Source: Bacteroidota bacterium (GTDB taxonomy: Bacteria; Bacteroidota; Bacteroidia; Chitinophagales; JADIYW01). Taken from it: a stretch of DNA of 64,000 bases. This document shows positions 40,609-50,821 of the stretch, piece after piece (within the stretch, counting starts at the first letter, position 1; every line of letters begins with the position of its first letter). A program made the translations under genes and the position numbers. The notes beneath the pieces are model-generated. The model had not been told where the DNA came from and did no database searches. It saw only the letters and a program-made list of their open reading frames with translations. The stretch covers positions 147,195 to 211,194 of the forward strand of contig JADIYW010000036.1 in the NCBI GenBank assembly GCA_016705125.1, read 5' to 3'.

Positions 40609-41844
40609 GTGGAAACGTTCAAAAAGACACCAACGGCAGAAATTACTTTGGAAAACTTCCAAAGGGAACAATTACGTACCATTTTAAAATTAACCCAAGC
40701 AATTAATGATAATATCCATGCGCCTGATTTATACCACCAATTTTTTCAAATTCTAAAAAACCAACTAGGAACAGATCAAGTAGGTATCTATAAATTTGAC
40801 CAAACATGGCAAAAAGAATTATTGGAAACAAATGGAAAACCTGCTCCTAGTTTGCGTCAAATAGAAAATTTCGTTAAAGACTTTTCAACCTTTGAAAGTC
40901 CTAAATCGTTGGAAATAAACTTTTTAGAAGGCTTTACGCATGTAATACCCGTTTATCATAAATTTCAGATTTTAGCCATTATTCTAATTGGAGAAAGCCA
41001 ACTCTTGTCCATTCTCAAGCCAAAAGAAATACTTGAGTATATTCAGATATTGGCTAATATTATAATAGTTGCTATAGAAAACAAAAGACTATACAAGCGG
41101 GAAGTAGAAAAAAAACAATTGGATAAAGATATTGACCTGGCATCAAAAATCCAAAACATGTTGATTCCCAACAATTTGCCTAAAAATAAATTGTATGAAT
41201 TTTCTGGTTTATATCTTCCATTTAAAGGCATTGGTGGCGATTACTACGACGTAATTCATATCAACAAAAATGAGTTTTTATTTTGCATAGCAGATATTTC
41301 AGGCAAGGGGATTGCCGCTGCCCTTGTAATGGCAAACCTTCAAGCTTCTTTGAGTGCTTTAGTTGGCCTAAACCTTAACCCAATTGATATGTGGAAGCGG
41401 TTGAATCGAAAAATATACTCCATAACGAAAGGTGATAGTTTTATTACCCTCTTTGCAGCTAAATACAATATATTAACTCGAACCCTAGAATACTTAAATG
41501 CTGGACATAATCCTCCCGTTTTAATAAGTGCTGATGGGAAACAGAAATTTCTGAAAACTGGGTGCACTTTACTTGGCGCTTTTGAAGAGCTACCAAAAAT
41601 TGAACTTGGACAAGAAATAATTGGATCAAATACTACAATTCTGTGTTATACTGATGGTCTTACTGAGTTGGAAAACAACGATTTAGAACAATACGGAATG
41701 GATAGATTAAGCAAATTCTGTCAAAAAAATCACAAATATGGCACAGATATTTTCATTAAAATTTTGCATGAAGATATAAGCAAATTTAAAGAAAATCGTT
41801 TATTCAATGATGACATTAGTGTGTTGGCTTGTAAATTCCTATAA
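40609..41844 (+). CDS. SpoIIE/PP2C-family serine phosphatase with N-terminal GAF-like sensor domain
   Basis: 411-aa ORF with a GTG start. GGDYYD, ADISGKGIAAAL and YTDGLTE match the RsbU/SpoIIE phosphatase signature. Confidence 0.8.
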   Translation: METFKKTPTAEITLENFQREQLRTILKLTQAINDNIHAPDLYHQFFQILKNQLGTDQVGIYKFDQTWQKELLETNGKPAPSLRQIENFVKDFSTFESPKSLEINFLEGFTHVIPVYHKFQILAIILIGESQLLSILKPKEILEYIQILANIIIVAIENKRLYKREVEKKQLDKDIDLASKIQNMLIPNNLPKNKLYEFSGLYLPFKGIGGDYYDVIHINKNEFLFCIADISGKGIAAALVMANLQASLSALVGLNLNPIDMWKRLNRKIYSITKGDSFITLFAAKYNILTRTLEYLNAGHNPPVLISADGKQKFLKTGCTLLGAFEELPKIELGQEIIGSNTTILCYTDGLTELENNDLEQYGMDRLSKFCQKNHKYGTDIFIKILHEDISKFKENRLFNDDISVLACKFL

Positions 41845-41845
41845 A

Positions 41846-43288
41846 CTAATTTGCCTCCAAAAGTTGCTTTGACTTGATGTCCCAATTTACAAGAATTGCT
41901 GCCATAATAAAAAACAAAGGTGCTAATTTATTAGCCTCTAGCAAATCGGAAAAAAGGTTATTTATTAAAAAAACACAAGCACATAGCAGTGCTCCCATTA
42001 CAATCCACTTATCTTTATTTGTTTTTTGTTGGTGAAAAATTCGTTCTGCATAGGTAAGCAAAACAAAAACCCAAAAGGCAAAGATTAGCATACCAGGAAT
42101 ACCTTGTTCGGCCAACAGTAAAATAAAATAATTGTGGACAGTTGAATTTTCTTCATTCCTACTAATATAAGTTACAAAACTATTTACCGTATAACTTTTA
42201 TAGTTTTTGACAAAAGTATTAGGCCCGAACCCAAATAAAGGCTTTTCTCCAACCATATTAAATGCAGCCACCCATCTATAAAATCGTTCCATGGTTGACA
42301 TATCTTGCCCAGAAAAAGTAGACACAAGATGATCTTTTAGATTAGCGTGGTAAATGGTTCTTTCGTAATTAGGAGCAAATCTTAAATAATTTTGATTGCT
42401 TATTAAATATCCAAAAAACAAAGTGACACTTATGGCTGAAACCATCAGAACCTGTTTCATTTTTTCCCTTTTTACAATAAAATAAATGATTGGGCATGCC
42501 AAAAGTGCTAGCCAAGCTCCACGTGTATATGTAAAATAAATACCGACAAGAGTTATAATTATTCCTAAATCCCAAATTAAGCGAATGATACTCCCTTTTT
42601 TATACCAAAACCTACCCATTACCATCAAAGGCACTAGCATAGTAATAAAAACACCATAATTAACGTGGTTTCTATAAATCGGCACAACAGCCTTGTTAAT
42701 GTATTCAAACAGGTAACCAAAATTAGAATGTCTTTCCATAATAACCACAATTCCAACAATAGTTGGGATAAAGATTATCCAAATTATGGCTCTAAGAATT
42801 CTTTCATTAATTATTATCAAACCAGTTAAAAAATAGAAAACACTTAAATACCAAAATTTAGAAAGCAAAAACTTAAGGGACAAGACAAAATCAGTTGAAA
42901 ATATACTTGAAGATAAAATCCAACCAAAATGAATGACAAGCAAAATAGAAATTGGATGCATAAAAAAATCTCCCTTTAAAATGGTTGGATTTAAAAAAGC
43001 AGTAAATACAAATACCAACATCAAACCAATAACGATGGGTTCAGTGGGCAAGTCGGTGCTAAAACCACCAGGTAAACTTACCTCAATAGACAAGGGCATT
43101 ACTAGAATAAGTAAAAAATACAACCATTTAAAATCGTAAAATCCTATTGCTACAAAAAGCAATAAAACAGGTGCAAAAAAGGCAGCCCATTGATTAAATA
43201 ATAAACCAAAAGCTAGTGCAATTAAAACTATAAAACCATATCCAAAAAATATTAAAGTACTATATTTTTGGACAAAATCTTTAAGCAT
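41846..43288 (-). CDS. O-antigen ligase/polymerase-family membrane protein (Wzy_C)
   Basis: 480-aa protein with at least 10 TM segments and a YTRGAWLAL motif in a periplasmic loop. Confidence 0.7.
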   Translation of the reverse strand: MLKDFVQKYSTLIFFGYGFIVLIALAFGLLFNQWAAFFAPVLLLFVAIGFYDFKWLYFLLILVMPLSIEVSLPGGFSTDLPTEPIVIGLMLVFVFTAFLNPTILKGDFFMHPISILLVIHFGWILSSSIFSTDFVLSLKFLLSKFWYLSVFYFLTGLIIINERILRAIIWIIFIPTIVGIVVIMERHSNFGYLFEYINKAVVPIYRNHVNYGVFITMLVPLMVMGRFWYKKGSIIRLIWDLGIIITLVGIYFTYTRGAWLALLACPIIYFIVKREKMKQVLMVSAISVTLFFGYLISNQNYLRFAPNYERTIYHANLKDHLVSTFSGQDMSTMERFYRWVAAFNMVGEKPLFGFGPNTFVKNYKSYTVNSFVTYISRNEENSTVHNYFILLLAEQGIPGMLIFAFWVFVLLTYAERIFHQQKTNKDKWIVMGALLCACVFLINNLFSDLLEANKLAPLFFIMAAILVNWDIKSKQLLEAN

Positions 43289-44144
43289 TACTTATACTTT
43301 CTTTTTTAAAGAAATCAATTAAAATAGCCAAAACGCTCATTAAAATAAAGGAAATAATGGCCGTTGCAGCCAAAATCAACCATCTTACTGGTTTTGATTT
43401 TTTATCGGCAGGAGAAGGATTTTCAACCATATAAACTGAAGCAAACTTTGAGCTACTAGATATTTCATATTGGCTCAAAAGGCGTTCTAGGCTATTTATT
43501 TCACCCACCAAACCTGCTTGCTTTTGTGCGACCAATTGAGATTTAATTCCACTCAATCCCTTTAATGAATCAGAAAGCAATTCAATTTCCGTTGTTTTTA
43601 GATTTATCTTTTCTTTTAACTCTTCTGCAGTTTTAATTTTATTCTTTTGAATCATGGCCATATTGGTTTCATCTAAATAGGTAACAATATCCTTAACCAT
43701 GGCCGATGCTCTGTATGGATCAGTATCCAAAATATTAATTTCTATAGAGTTTCTGTCTGTTTTAGCAGAAGAATAGTTGTCATCAAACTCTTTTCTAACC
43801 GCATATTTCCATTGCTTTACTTTTGTTGTATCTATATCATACACTTCAAGTAATTTATATTTATCGATTATCAAGCCTGCTAACCCGGAAGACCGAGCCA
43901 ACGAAATAATCCTGTCTATGTCGTCGCTAGAGCCGAAATATGCAATATAGTTTTCTCTTTCGGTGCTAAACAAGGTGTTTCGGTCAATTGCAGATGGGTT
44001 TGCTGGGTAAAATTCTGCCTTAGATGCAAAATAGGGAGGCATTATAGCGGGCAAAGTTACTATGAAACTAACAATAATTGCCAACGAACAAACAATTGCA
44101 ATTTTCCATTTCCACTTAAACCAAATATCAAAAAGTTCTAACAT
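43281..44144 (-). CDS. Polysaccharide chain-length-determinant (Wzz-like) protein
   Basis: 287 aa with one TM segment at each end and a coiled-coil middle. It overlaps the downstream ligase gene by 8 nt. Confidence 0.6.
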   Translation of the reverse strand: MLELFDIWFKWKWKIAIVCSLAIIVSFIVTLPAIMPPYFASKAEFYPANPSAIDRNTLFSTERENYIAYFGSSDDIDRIISLARSSGLAGLIIDKYKLLEVYDIDTTKVKQWKYAVRKEFDDNYSSAKTDRNSIEINILDTDPYRASAMVKDIVTYLDETNMAMIQKNKIKTAEELKEKINLKTTEIELLSDSLKGLSGIKSQLVAQKQAGLVGEINSLERLLSQYEISSSSKFASVYMVENPSPADKKSKPVRWLILAATAIISFILMSVLAILIDFFKKESISNA

Positions 44145-44184
44145 AAAAAAAATTAAGGTGCAAAAATAAAAAAAATAATAAGGA

Positions 44185-45615
44185 TTACGTCATTTTCAGT
44201 TTATTATACATAAATCTAGTGGGAACAACACGAAAAATGAATGATAATAAAAACGAGATAGTAAAAATCAAAAGCATTAATATCCATGAATTAATAGTGA
44301 AATTAAGAGAATTGACAACATAAATTAAAGCGTAAACCAAACAAGCATATCCTAAAAACCTAAGAAAGGATATAATTTTAATTGATAGGGGAAAGTATTT
44401 TTTTAAAACTAAAACATGCAAAAAAGCCATTATTGACTGTGTTGCTAAACTTGAAATAGCTGAGCCTTTAGGGCCATATTTTGGTATAAGCACTACATTT
44501 AAAATAACGTTAACCAAAACGCCAACAAAGACAATTTTATTTAGAACTTTTATTTTTCCAGCAGCTACTAAAAAAGTGCCAATAATATAAATAAAGCCAA
44601 CCGGAAGTATAGAACACATCAAAACACCAAAAACATCATCCGCAGGTGATTTATAAAACAATTCCATTAGCGTGCTACTAAAGCTATTAAAAACCAAAAT
44701 TGAAGGTATGCCAATTGCTACCATCAAACCTAAAGCCAATCGAAGCAAATCTTTAAAATCTTCCTTTTTTGACAATAAAGAAGCGAACATTGGCAAAAGC
44801 AAAACAGAAAACAAATAGGAAAAATTATTTACGGCTTCATAAATTCTATAGCTTTTAGCATACACACCTGCAGCCTCTGTGTTTATCATTCTTTCCAATA
44901 AAAATCCATCTATTCTATAATAAATCGTCATCAAAAAAACGATTAAAGCATAAGGCCAACTTTGCTTTAGAATGATTAAAACAATTTTAAAATTTATAGC
45001 ATTAAAAAGATTGAAATTTAATTTTTTTACGAAATAAAAACTGACTCCAAACGTGATTAAATAAGCAAAAAACTGAATTAGGCAATAATTAAATATAGAT
45101 AATTTCGTTCCAAAAAAAGAACCGAAAATAAGCGTTGAAGCCAAAACGATCATCAACAATTTATCCAAGACTGATAAGAATGCTTCTTGCTTAAAGTTTT
45201 GAAAACCGGTAATAGCAGACCGAAAAAACAATACAAAAGACAATAGTATTTGGCATAAAATAAGAATCACCAAAATAAATTGATATTGCAAATTATAGCC
45301 AATACAATTGGAAATGAAGATGGTAATACCAAGATAAACAAGGGATAAAATGCATTTTAAAACAAATAAATTAGAGAAGTATTTACTCGCAAGCACTTTA
45401 CTTCCTGCAATCATTTTGGTATTAAAATTTTGAATACCAAAGTCTGTCAAAATTGAAAACAAAAGAGAGAAATTTAGAATACTGAAATACATTCCATACG
45501 CCGAGGTGCCCATTTTTAACTGTACGACCCTATCGATTCCAAAAACCCAAAACGGCTTAACCAATAAATTAACAAAAACAAGAAACAATAAGTTGGAAAC
45601 AAAAAAACGCTTCAT
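44185..45615 (-). CDS. Polysaccharide flippase (Wzx/MOP superfamily)
   Basis: 476-aa protein with about 12-14 TM segments, lying in the polysaccharide cluster. Confidence 0.7.
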   Translation of the reverse strand: MKRFFVSNLLFLVFVNLLVKPFWVFGIDRVVQLKMGTSAYGMYFSILNFSLLFSILTDFGIQNFNTKMIAGSKVLASKYFSNLFVLKCILSLVYLGITIFISNCIGYNLQYQFILVILILCQILLSFVLFFRSAITGFQNFKQEAFLSVLDKLLMIVLASTLIFGSFFGTKLSIFNYCLIQFFAYLITFGVSFYFVKKLNFNLFNAINFKIVLIILKQSWPYALIVFLMTIYYRIDGFLLERMINTEAAGVYAKSYRIYEAVNNFSYLFSVLLLPMFASLLSKKEDFKDLLRLALGLMVAIGIPSILVFNSFSSTLMELFYKSPADDVFGVLMCSILPVGFIYIIGTFLVAAGKIKVLNKIVFVGVLVNVILNVVLIPKYGPKGSAISSLATQSIMAFLHVLVLKKYFPLSIKIISFLRFLGYACLVYALIYVVNSLNFTINSWILMLLIFTISFLLSFIFRVVPTRFMYNKLKMT

Positions 45616-45633
45616 CGATTTTAGATTTGAATT

Positions 45634-46827
45634 TTAAACAAATGAATCAATTTCATTAATAGATTCCAAAATAATATCACAAATCAAAATGATTTCTTTA
45701 TCGTTGATTATCAACGGTGGAGCAATTCTTAACGCATTAGGAGCAAATAAAAACCAATCCGTAATAAGACCTTTTTCTATACATCTTTGAATTACTTTTT
45801 GATTAAATTCTGCAGTTTCGAAATGAATGGCCATTAATAAACCTGCATGATTAAATGCATTAATTTTCGGATGCTTTAACAACTTAGAAAACAAGGCTTC
45901 CTTTTTCAAAATGGTTGAAATTAGACTTTCTTGATCTATTGTCTCAAACATTGCCAATGAGGCTGCACAACAAACTGGATTGCCACCAAAAGTGGTAATA
46001 TGGCCCAAAACAGGATTTTCAGTAAAAGTCCACAGGTTTTCTTTAGACGAAATCACTGCGCCTAATGGCAAACCTGCACCTAATCCCTTTGCAAGCAATA
46101 ATATATCGGGGACTATACCATATTTTTCAAAGGCAAACCAAAATCCCGTTCTACCGCATCCAGTTTGAATTTCATCAAAAACCAATAAAGTATTTGTTTC
46201 ATTACATTTTTGGCGTAAAGCAATAACATAATTAATATCAGGAATTACCACACCAGTTTCGGCTTGAATTGGCTCAAAAAATACAGCTGCTGTATTATCG
46301 TCAATTAAAGATAAATCCTTTAAATTATTATACTCTATATGTTTTACCCCTGGCAAAAGAGGCCGAAAAGCTGATTTAAAATATTCATTACCCATCAAAC
46401 TAAGTGCGCCTTGAGTGCTGCCATGATAGGCATTTTTAAAAGCAATAAAATTGGATTTACCAGTTACCCTTTTTGCTAATTTCATTGCTGTTTCAGTAGC
46501 TTCAGCTCCCGAATTAGTAAAATAAACAGATTGTAAATTTGACGGCAAAAGCGAGCAAATAAATTTTGCTAATTGAGTTTGTGGCGATAAAACAAACTCA
46601 CCATACACCATTGCATGCATAAATTTTTTAGATTGCTTGTTTATTGCCTCTACAATATTTGGGTGACAATGTCCTAAGGCACTAACAGCAATACCCGAAA
46701 TTGCGTCAATATATTTATTCCCATTTGGGTCATACAAATAAATTCCCTCACCCCTATCAATCTCTAACATTAAAGCAGAGGGACTAGTTGGTGCTAAAAG
46801 ATGCTGAAATAATTGTCTATTAGTCAT
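45634..46827 (-). CDS. Class-III pyridoxal-phosphate aminotransferase (acetylornithine/ornithine aminotransferase-like)
   Basis: 397-aa ORF with TNSGAEA, FDEIQTGCGRTG and a PLP-lysine context (LLAKGLG). Confidence 0.8.
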   Translation of the reverse strand: MTNRQLFQHLLAPTSPSALMLEIDRGEGIYLYDPNGNKYIDAISGIAVSALGHCHPNIVEAINKQSKKFMHAMVYGEFVLSPQTQLAKFICSLLPSNLQSVYFTNSGAEATETAMKLAKRVTGKSNFIAFKNAYHGSTQGALSLMGNEYFKSAFRPLLPGVKHIEYNNLKDLSLIDDNTAAVFFEPIQAETGVVIPDINYVIALRQKCNETNTLLVFDEIQTGCGRTGFWFAFEKYGIVPDILLLAKGLGAGLPLGAVISSKENLWTFTENPVLGHITTFGGNPVCCAASLAMFETIDQESLISTILKKEALFSKLLKHPKINAFNHAGLLMAIHFETAEFNQKVIQRCIEKGLITDWFLFAPNALRIAPPLIINDKEIILICDIILESINEIDSFV

Positions 46828-46898
46828 AAATTAAAGTGATGTAAATTTATAAACATAAATTTTACAAATACAATGCACGCATTGTTTATTTTTTTTAT

Positions 46899-46906
46899 TA
46901 TATTTG
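46899..46906 (+). promoter_or_regulatory. -7 promoter box TATATTTG, 3 nt upstream of the SDR ATG
   Basis: Exact TAnnTTTG. The local sequence is TATATTTGTTTATG. Confidence 0.35.
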
Positions 46907-46909
46907 TTT

Positions 46910-47728
46910 ATGAAAAATTTAAAAGGTAAAATTGCAGTAGTAACTGGCGCTGGCTCAGGAATGGGTAGGTGTATGACATTACAACTTTTGGAAAAAGGAG
47001 CAATAGTAATTGCAACCGATAAAAATAGCGAAACATTAAATGAAACAAAAAGCATGGCTCCAAATGGAGAAATACATGTATTTACTGTTGATGCAGCAAA
47101 AGAGAATGAAATTAATGCATTTGCAAAAAAAATTATCAAGCAATTTGGTTATATCGACATATTAATCAATAATGCTGGATTTGCTTTAGGCAAAATTGCA
47201 TTAAAAGATGTAAAAATGGAAGATTTTAAACTATTAATGGATGTAAACGTATGGGGAGTTATTAACCATACCAAAGCATTTATAGATGTTTTACTTGAAA
47301 GACCAGAAGCTTCAATCGTTAATATATCGAGCCTTTTTGGTATTACAGGACTTTCGGAGCAAGTGCCATATTGTACAACGAAATTTGCAGTAAGAGGTTT
47401 TTCAGAATCCTTGAGAATGGAAATGATTGGATCAAATGTTGTAGTAACTTGCGTTCACCCTGGAGGAATAAAAACAAATATTGCAAAAAATTCCATTAAT
47501 TACGGACAGGAAGAATTATTGGAAAAATTTGAAAAAAACTTATTACGAATACCAGCAGAAGAGGCAGCAAGACAAATAATCCAATCTATTCAGAAAAAGC
47601 AAGAAAGATTACTTATTGGAATTGAGGTTGAGATTGCTGATAGAATTGTAAGATCATTTCCTGTAAAATACTCAGGCATTATTAAAACCGTTTATGACAA
47701 GATGCTTAATGCTAAGTTAAAAAGTTGA
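46910..47728 (+). CDS. Short-chain dehydrogenase/reductase (SDR)
   Basis: Contains TGAGSGMG, NNAG and YCTTK. The ATG start at 46910 (MKNLKGKIAVVTG) is preferred to the tracked TTG at 46904. Confidence 0.85.
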   Translation: MKNLKGKIAVVTGAGSGMGRCMTLQLLEKGAIVIATDKNSETLNETKSMAPNGEIHVFTVDAAKENEINAFAKKIIKQFGYIDILINNAGFALGKIALKDVKMEDFKLLMDVNVWGVINHTKAFIDVLLERPEASIVNISSLFGITGLSEQVPYCTTKFAVRGFSESLRMEMIGSNVVVTCVHPGGIKTNIAKNSINYGQEELLEKFEKNLLRIPAEEAARQIIQSIQKKQERLLIGIEVEIADRIVRSFPVKYSGIIKTVYDKMLNAKLKS

Positions 47729-47863
47729 TTATCAACTATTTTAATATTCAAGAAACGGAACTAATACAAATTCAAAAATAATAAATTAAAATTGCTGTAC
47801 TTAATTATTGTTACTTTTCAACAAGTATAGGTATAAAAAATTCCTGTACTTTTCAAATTATTT

Positions 47864-47871
47864 TATCTTTG
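47864..47871 (+). promoter_or_regulatory. -7 promoter box TATCTTTG, 4 nt upstream of the glyQS ATG
   Basis: Exact TAnnTTTG. The local sequence TATCTTTGCATAATG has the same TTTGCATAATG string as psd. Confidence 0.4.
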
Positions 47872-47875
47872 CATA

Positions 47876-49399
47876 ATGGAAGAAAAAGAGACACTACAAA
47901 GAATAGTATCACATTGCAAAGAGTATGGGTTTGTATTTCCCTCGAGCGAAATTTATGACAACTTAGGAGCCGTTTATGATTATGGCCCTTTTGGAGTAGA
48001 ATTAAAAAACAATATTAAAGAATATTGGTGGAAAAGCATGGTTCAAATGAACGACAATATTGTCGGCTTAGATGCTGCAATATTTATGCATCCAACCACA
48101 TGGAAAGCATCGGGGCACGTGGATAGCTTTAGTGATCCTTTAATAGACAATAAAGATTCGAAAAAAAGGTATCGTGCAGATGTTTTATTAGAAGAAAAAA
48201 TAGAGAGCTTTAGGATAAAAGGAGAAAAGGAATTGAATAAAAAAGGTATTGCCCTAACAAGTTTACCAGAAGAAAAAGGAAAAGCCAGCCGGGATTATCA
48301 AAAATATTTGAATTTAGAAAAAGCTTATGGAGAGGCAGCTACAGCTGTAGATTTAAAGCGATATAAAGAATTAATAGAGGAGTATGAAATAGCATGTGAA
48401 GTAAGTGGCTCTAAAAATTGGACAGACGTAAGACAATTTAACCTTATGTTTGGTACAAAATTAGGCGCTTTAGACGAGACATCTACAGATTTATACTTAA
48501 GACCTGAAACTGCACAAGGCATATTTGTAAACTTTTTGAATGTGCAGAAATCTGCGAGGATGAAAATACCGTTTGGTATTGCTCAAATTGGGAAAGCATT
48601 TAGGAATGAGATTGTTGCAAGGCAATTTATTTTTAGAATGAGAGAGTTTGAACAAATGGAAATGCAGTTTTTCGTGCGTCCTGGTGAGGAATTAGAGTGG
48701 TTTGAAAAGTGGAAAGCAATTAGATTAAAATGGCATTTAGCTTTAGGAAGCAATCCAGAAGATTTAAGATTCCATGTACACGAGAAATTAGCTCATTATG
48801 CAAATGCTGCAGAGGATATCCAGTTCAAATTTCCTATTGGTTTTAAGGAATTAGAAGGCATTCATAGTAGAACAGATTTTGATTTAACCGAACATCAAAA
48901 ATTTAGTGGCAAAAAATTACAATATTTCGACCCAGAAATCAACCAAAATTATGTACCTTATGTAATTGAAACATCAATTGGATTAGACAGAATGTTTTTG
49001 AGGATACTAAGTGAAAGTTTGAAAGAAGAATCTTTAGAAGGAGGTGAAACAAGAATTGTACTTAATCTTCCACCTGCTTTAGCTCCAATAAAAGTGGCTA
49101 TATTACCTTTATTAAAAAGAGACGGATTGCCAGAAAAAGCAAAAGAAATTTTGGAAAAATTGAGGTTTGTTGGAAAAACATTTTACGAGGAAAAAGATGC
49201 TATTGGAAAGCGTTATAGAAGAATGGATGCAATCGGGACTCCATATTGCATAACAGTTGACCATCAAACACTTGAGGACAATACAGTAACATTAAGAGAA
49301 CGGGATACAATGACACAAGAAAGAGTAGAAATATCAAAATTAGAAGCGTTGATTTTAGAAAAAACAGACATAAATACACTGTTGAGAAAATTAGTTTAA
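47876..49399 (+). CDS. glyQS: Glycine--tRNA ligase (homodimeric class II)
   Basis: 507-aa ORF with FVFPSSEIYDNLGAVYDYGPFG, LRPETAQG, FRNEI and an anticodon-binding C-terminus. Confidence 0.92.
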   Translation: MEEKETLQRIVSHCKEYGFVFPSSEIYDNLGAVYDYGPFGVELKNNIKEYWWKSMVQMNDNIVGLDAAIFMHPTTWKASGHVDSFSDPLIDNKDSKKRYRADVLLEEKIESFRIKGEKELNKKGIALTSLPEEKGKASRDYQKYLNLEKAYGEAATAVDLKRYKELIEEYEIACEVSGSKNWTDVRQFNLMFGTKLGALDETSTDLYLRPETAQGIFVNFLNVQKSARMKIPFGIAQIGKAFRNEIVARQFIFRMREFEQMEMQFFVRPGEELEWFEKWKAIRLKWHLALGSNPEDLRFHVHEKLAHYANAAEDIQFKFPIGFKELEGIHSRTDFDLTEHQKFSGKKLQYFDPEINQNYVPYVIETSIGLDRMFLRILSESLKEESLEGGETRIVLNLPPALAPIKVAILPLLKRDGLPEKAKEILEKLRFVGKTFYEEKDAIGKRYRRMDAIGTPYCITVDHQTLEDNTVTLRERDTMTQERVEISKLEALILEKTDINTLLRKLV

Positions 49400-49418
49400 C
49401 AGTAAAAACAAAACCAAA

Positions 49419-50273
49419 ATGAAGAAAATACTTCTATGTTGTTATATAATAATTAGTCTAATTTATGGCACAAAAGCACAAAATCAGGTTATAAAATCAA
49501 CATTGGTTTTTTCAGTAGATGAAAAAGGGAATTCACAACTAGTAAAGACGATAAATAATAATCAAAGAGGTCTGACAACAAGAACAATTGAATTGAATGC
49601 TATTGGGCTAAAAGACACTACCTTTTATATTTATAATGTTGATAATCAACTATTACAAATAAATTTTCCAAGAAACAGAAAAACTGGCACAATTAATACA
49701 ATTAACAAATTATACGATAATAAAGGTTATCTTATAGAAGAATACTATAGAGACAATACAGATAGCACTAAATCGTATACCATAAAATATTTTAATAACG
49801 AAAGTGGTTTTCCATTAGAGGCTGTAACTTATTACACGAAAGTAAGAATTAGAAAAAACTTTCAATATGACTCATTGAATAAAATCAAGGAAGAACAATA
49901 CGCACAATCCATTTATGAGCCAGAATACAACGATTGGGGACCATACGAGTATCAAAAGAAAGATAAGTATTTTTACAATGAAAAAGGACAATTATATACA
50001 AAAGAACAACAGAGTTGGCAATTTGAGTATATAAATGAAAAAAGGAAAATGATTACTAAGGTAGTTTACCAAACAGTGTATTATTTTAATGAAAAAGGGC
50101 AGATAATTGAAGAAGAAACTAAAGAATTATTACCATCAATAGGCTATAAAAGAACAATGACCACTTTTGATGAACTTGGAAAAGAAAAAAAGAAAAGCAT
50201 TTACAAATTTAACCGAAATTCGGAGAAAAATCCGATTATAGAAACAATAGAATTCAAATACGAATTTTTCTAA
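49419..50273 (+). CDS. Hypothetical secreted protein with YD/MORN-like short repeats
   Basis: 284-aa ORF with a signal peptide and recurring Y-x-(Y/F)-(D/N)-(N/E)-K-G-x-(L/I) units (KLYDNKGYLIEE, YFYNEKGQLYTKE, YYFNEKGQIIEEE). Confidence 0.45.
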   Translation: MKKILLCCYIIISLIYGTKAQNQVIKSTLVFSVDEKGNSQLVKTINNNQRGLTTRTIELNAIGLKDTTFYIYNVDNQLLQINFPRNRKTGTINTINKLYDNKGYLIEEYYRDNTDSTKSYTIKYFNNESGFPLEAVTYYTKVRIRKNFQYDSLNKIKEEQYAQSIYEPEYNDWGPYEYQKKDKYFYNEKGQLYTKEQQSWQFEYINEKRKMITKVVYQTVYYFNEKGQIIEEETKELLPSIGYKRTMTTFDELGKEKKKSIYKFNRNSEKNPIIETIEFKYEFF

Positions 50274-50326
50274 TTTCAATTGAATTAATAGTTAAAAATC
50301 AACTATTCATATTAAAAAAATTACTC

Positions 50327-50722
50327 CTATTGGTGTTGACATAATTCAATTAAAACACCGTTAGTGTCTTTTGGGTGAAAAAAGCAGACCAATTTATTGT
50401 TCGCTCCAACATAGGGTTCTTGCGTAAGTGGGTTAAAACCTTCATTTTTCAATCTTTCCATTTCCGCCTTTATGTCATCAACGATTAGTGCAACATGATG
50501 AATTCCTTCTCCTTTTTTCTCTAAAAACTTAGAAATTGGACTATCGCTTGAAATGGGTTCTAAAAGTTCGAAGGAAGTATCTTCCATTTTAAAAAAGACT
50601 GCAGATAGTTTTTGTGATTCTACACGTTCAAAAGAAAATGGCTTACGATTCAAAATAGTTGAAAATAAAGCACTTGAGACTTCTATATCTTTAACGGCTA
50701 TTCCAATATGATCAATTTTCAT
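50327..50722 (-). CDS. mce: Methylmalonyl-CoA epimerase (VOC/glyoxalase-fold)
   Basis: MKIDHIGIAV...GIHHVAL...GVLIEL matches the epimerase pattern. An internal ATG was chosen because the 15 upstream codons of the tracked ORF look non-coding. Confidence 0.8.
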   Translation of the reverse strand: MKIDHIGIAVKDIEVSSALFSTILNRKPFSFERVESQKLSAVFFKMEDTSFELLEPISSDSPISKFLEKKGEGIHHVALIVDDIKAEMERLKNEGFNPLTQEPYVGANNKLVCFFHPKDTNGVLIELCQHQ

Positions 50723-50821
50723 TTTAATTTTTTTTTCAAAATAAACATATTTACAAGTACAAAACAATAAAAATTAAAAAAAACAGCAAAAATAGTACAT
50801 TTACTAAAGGATAAAACAATT

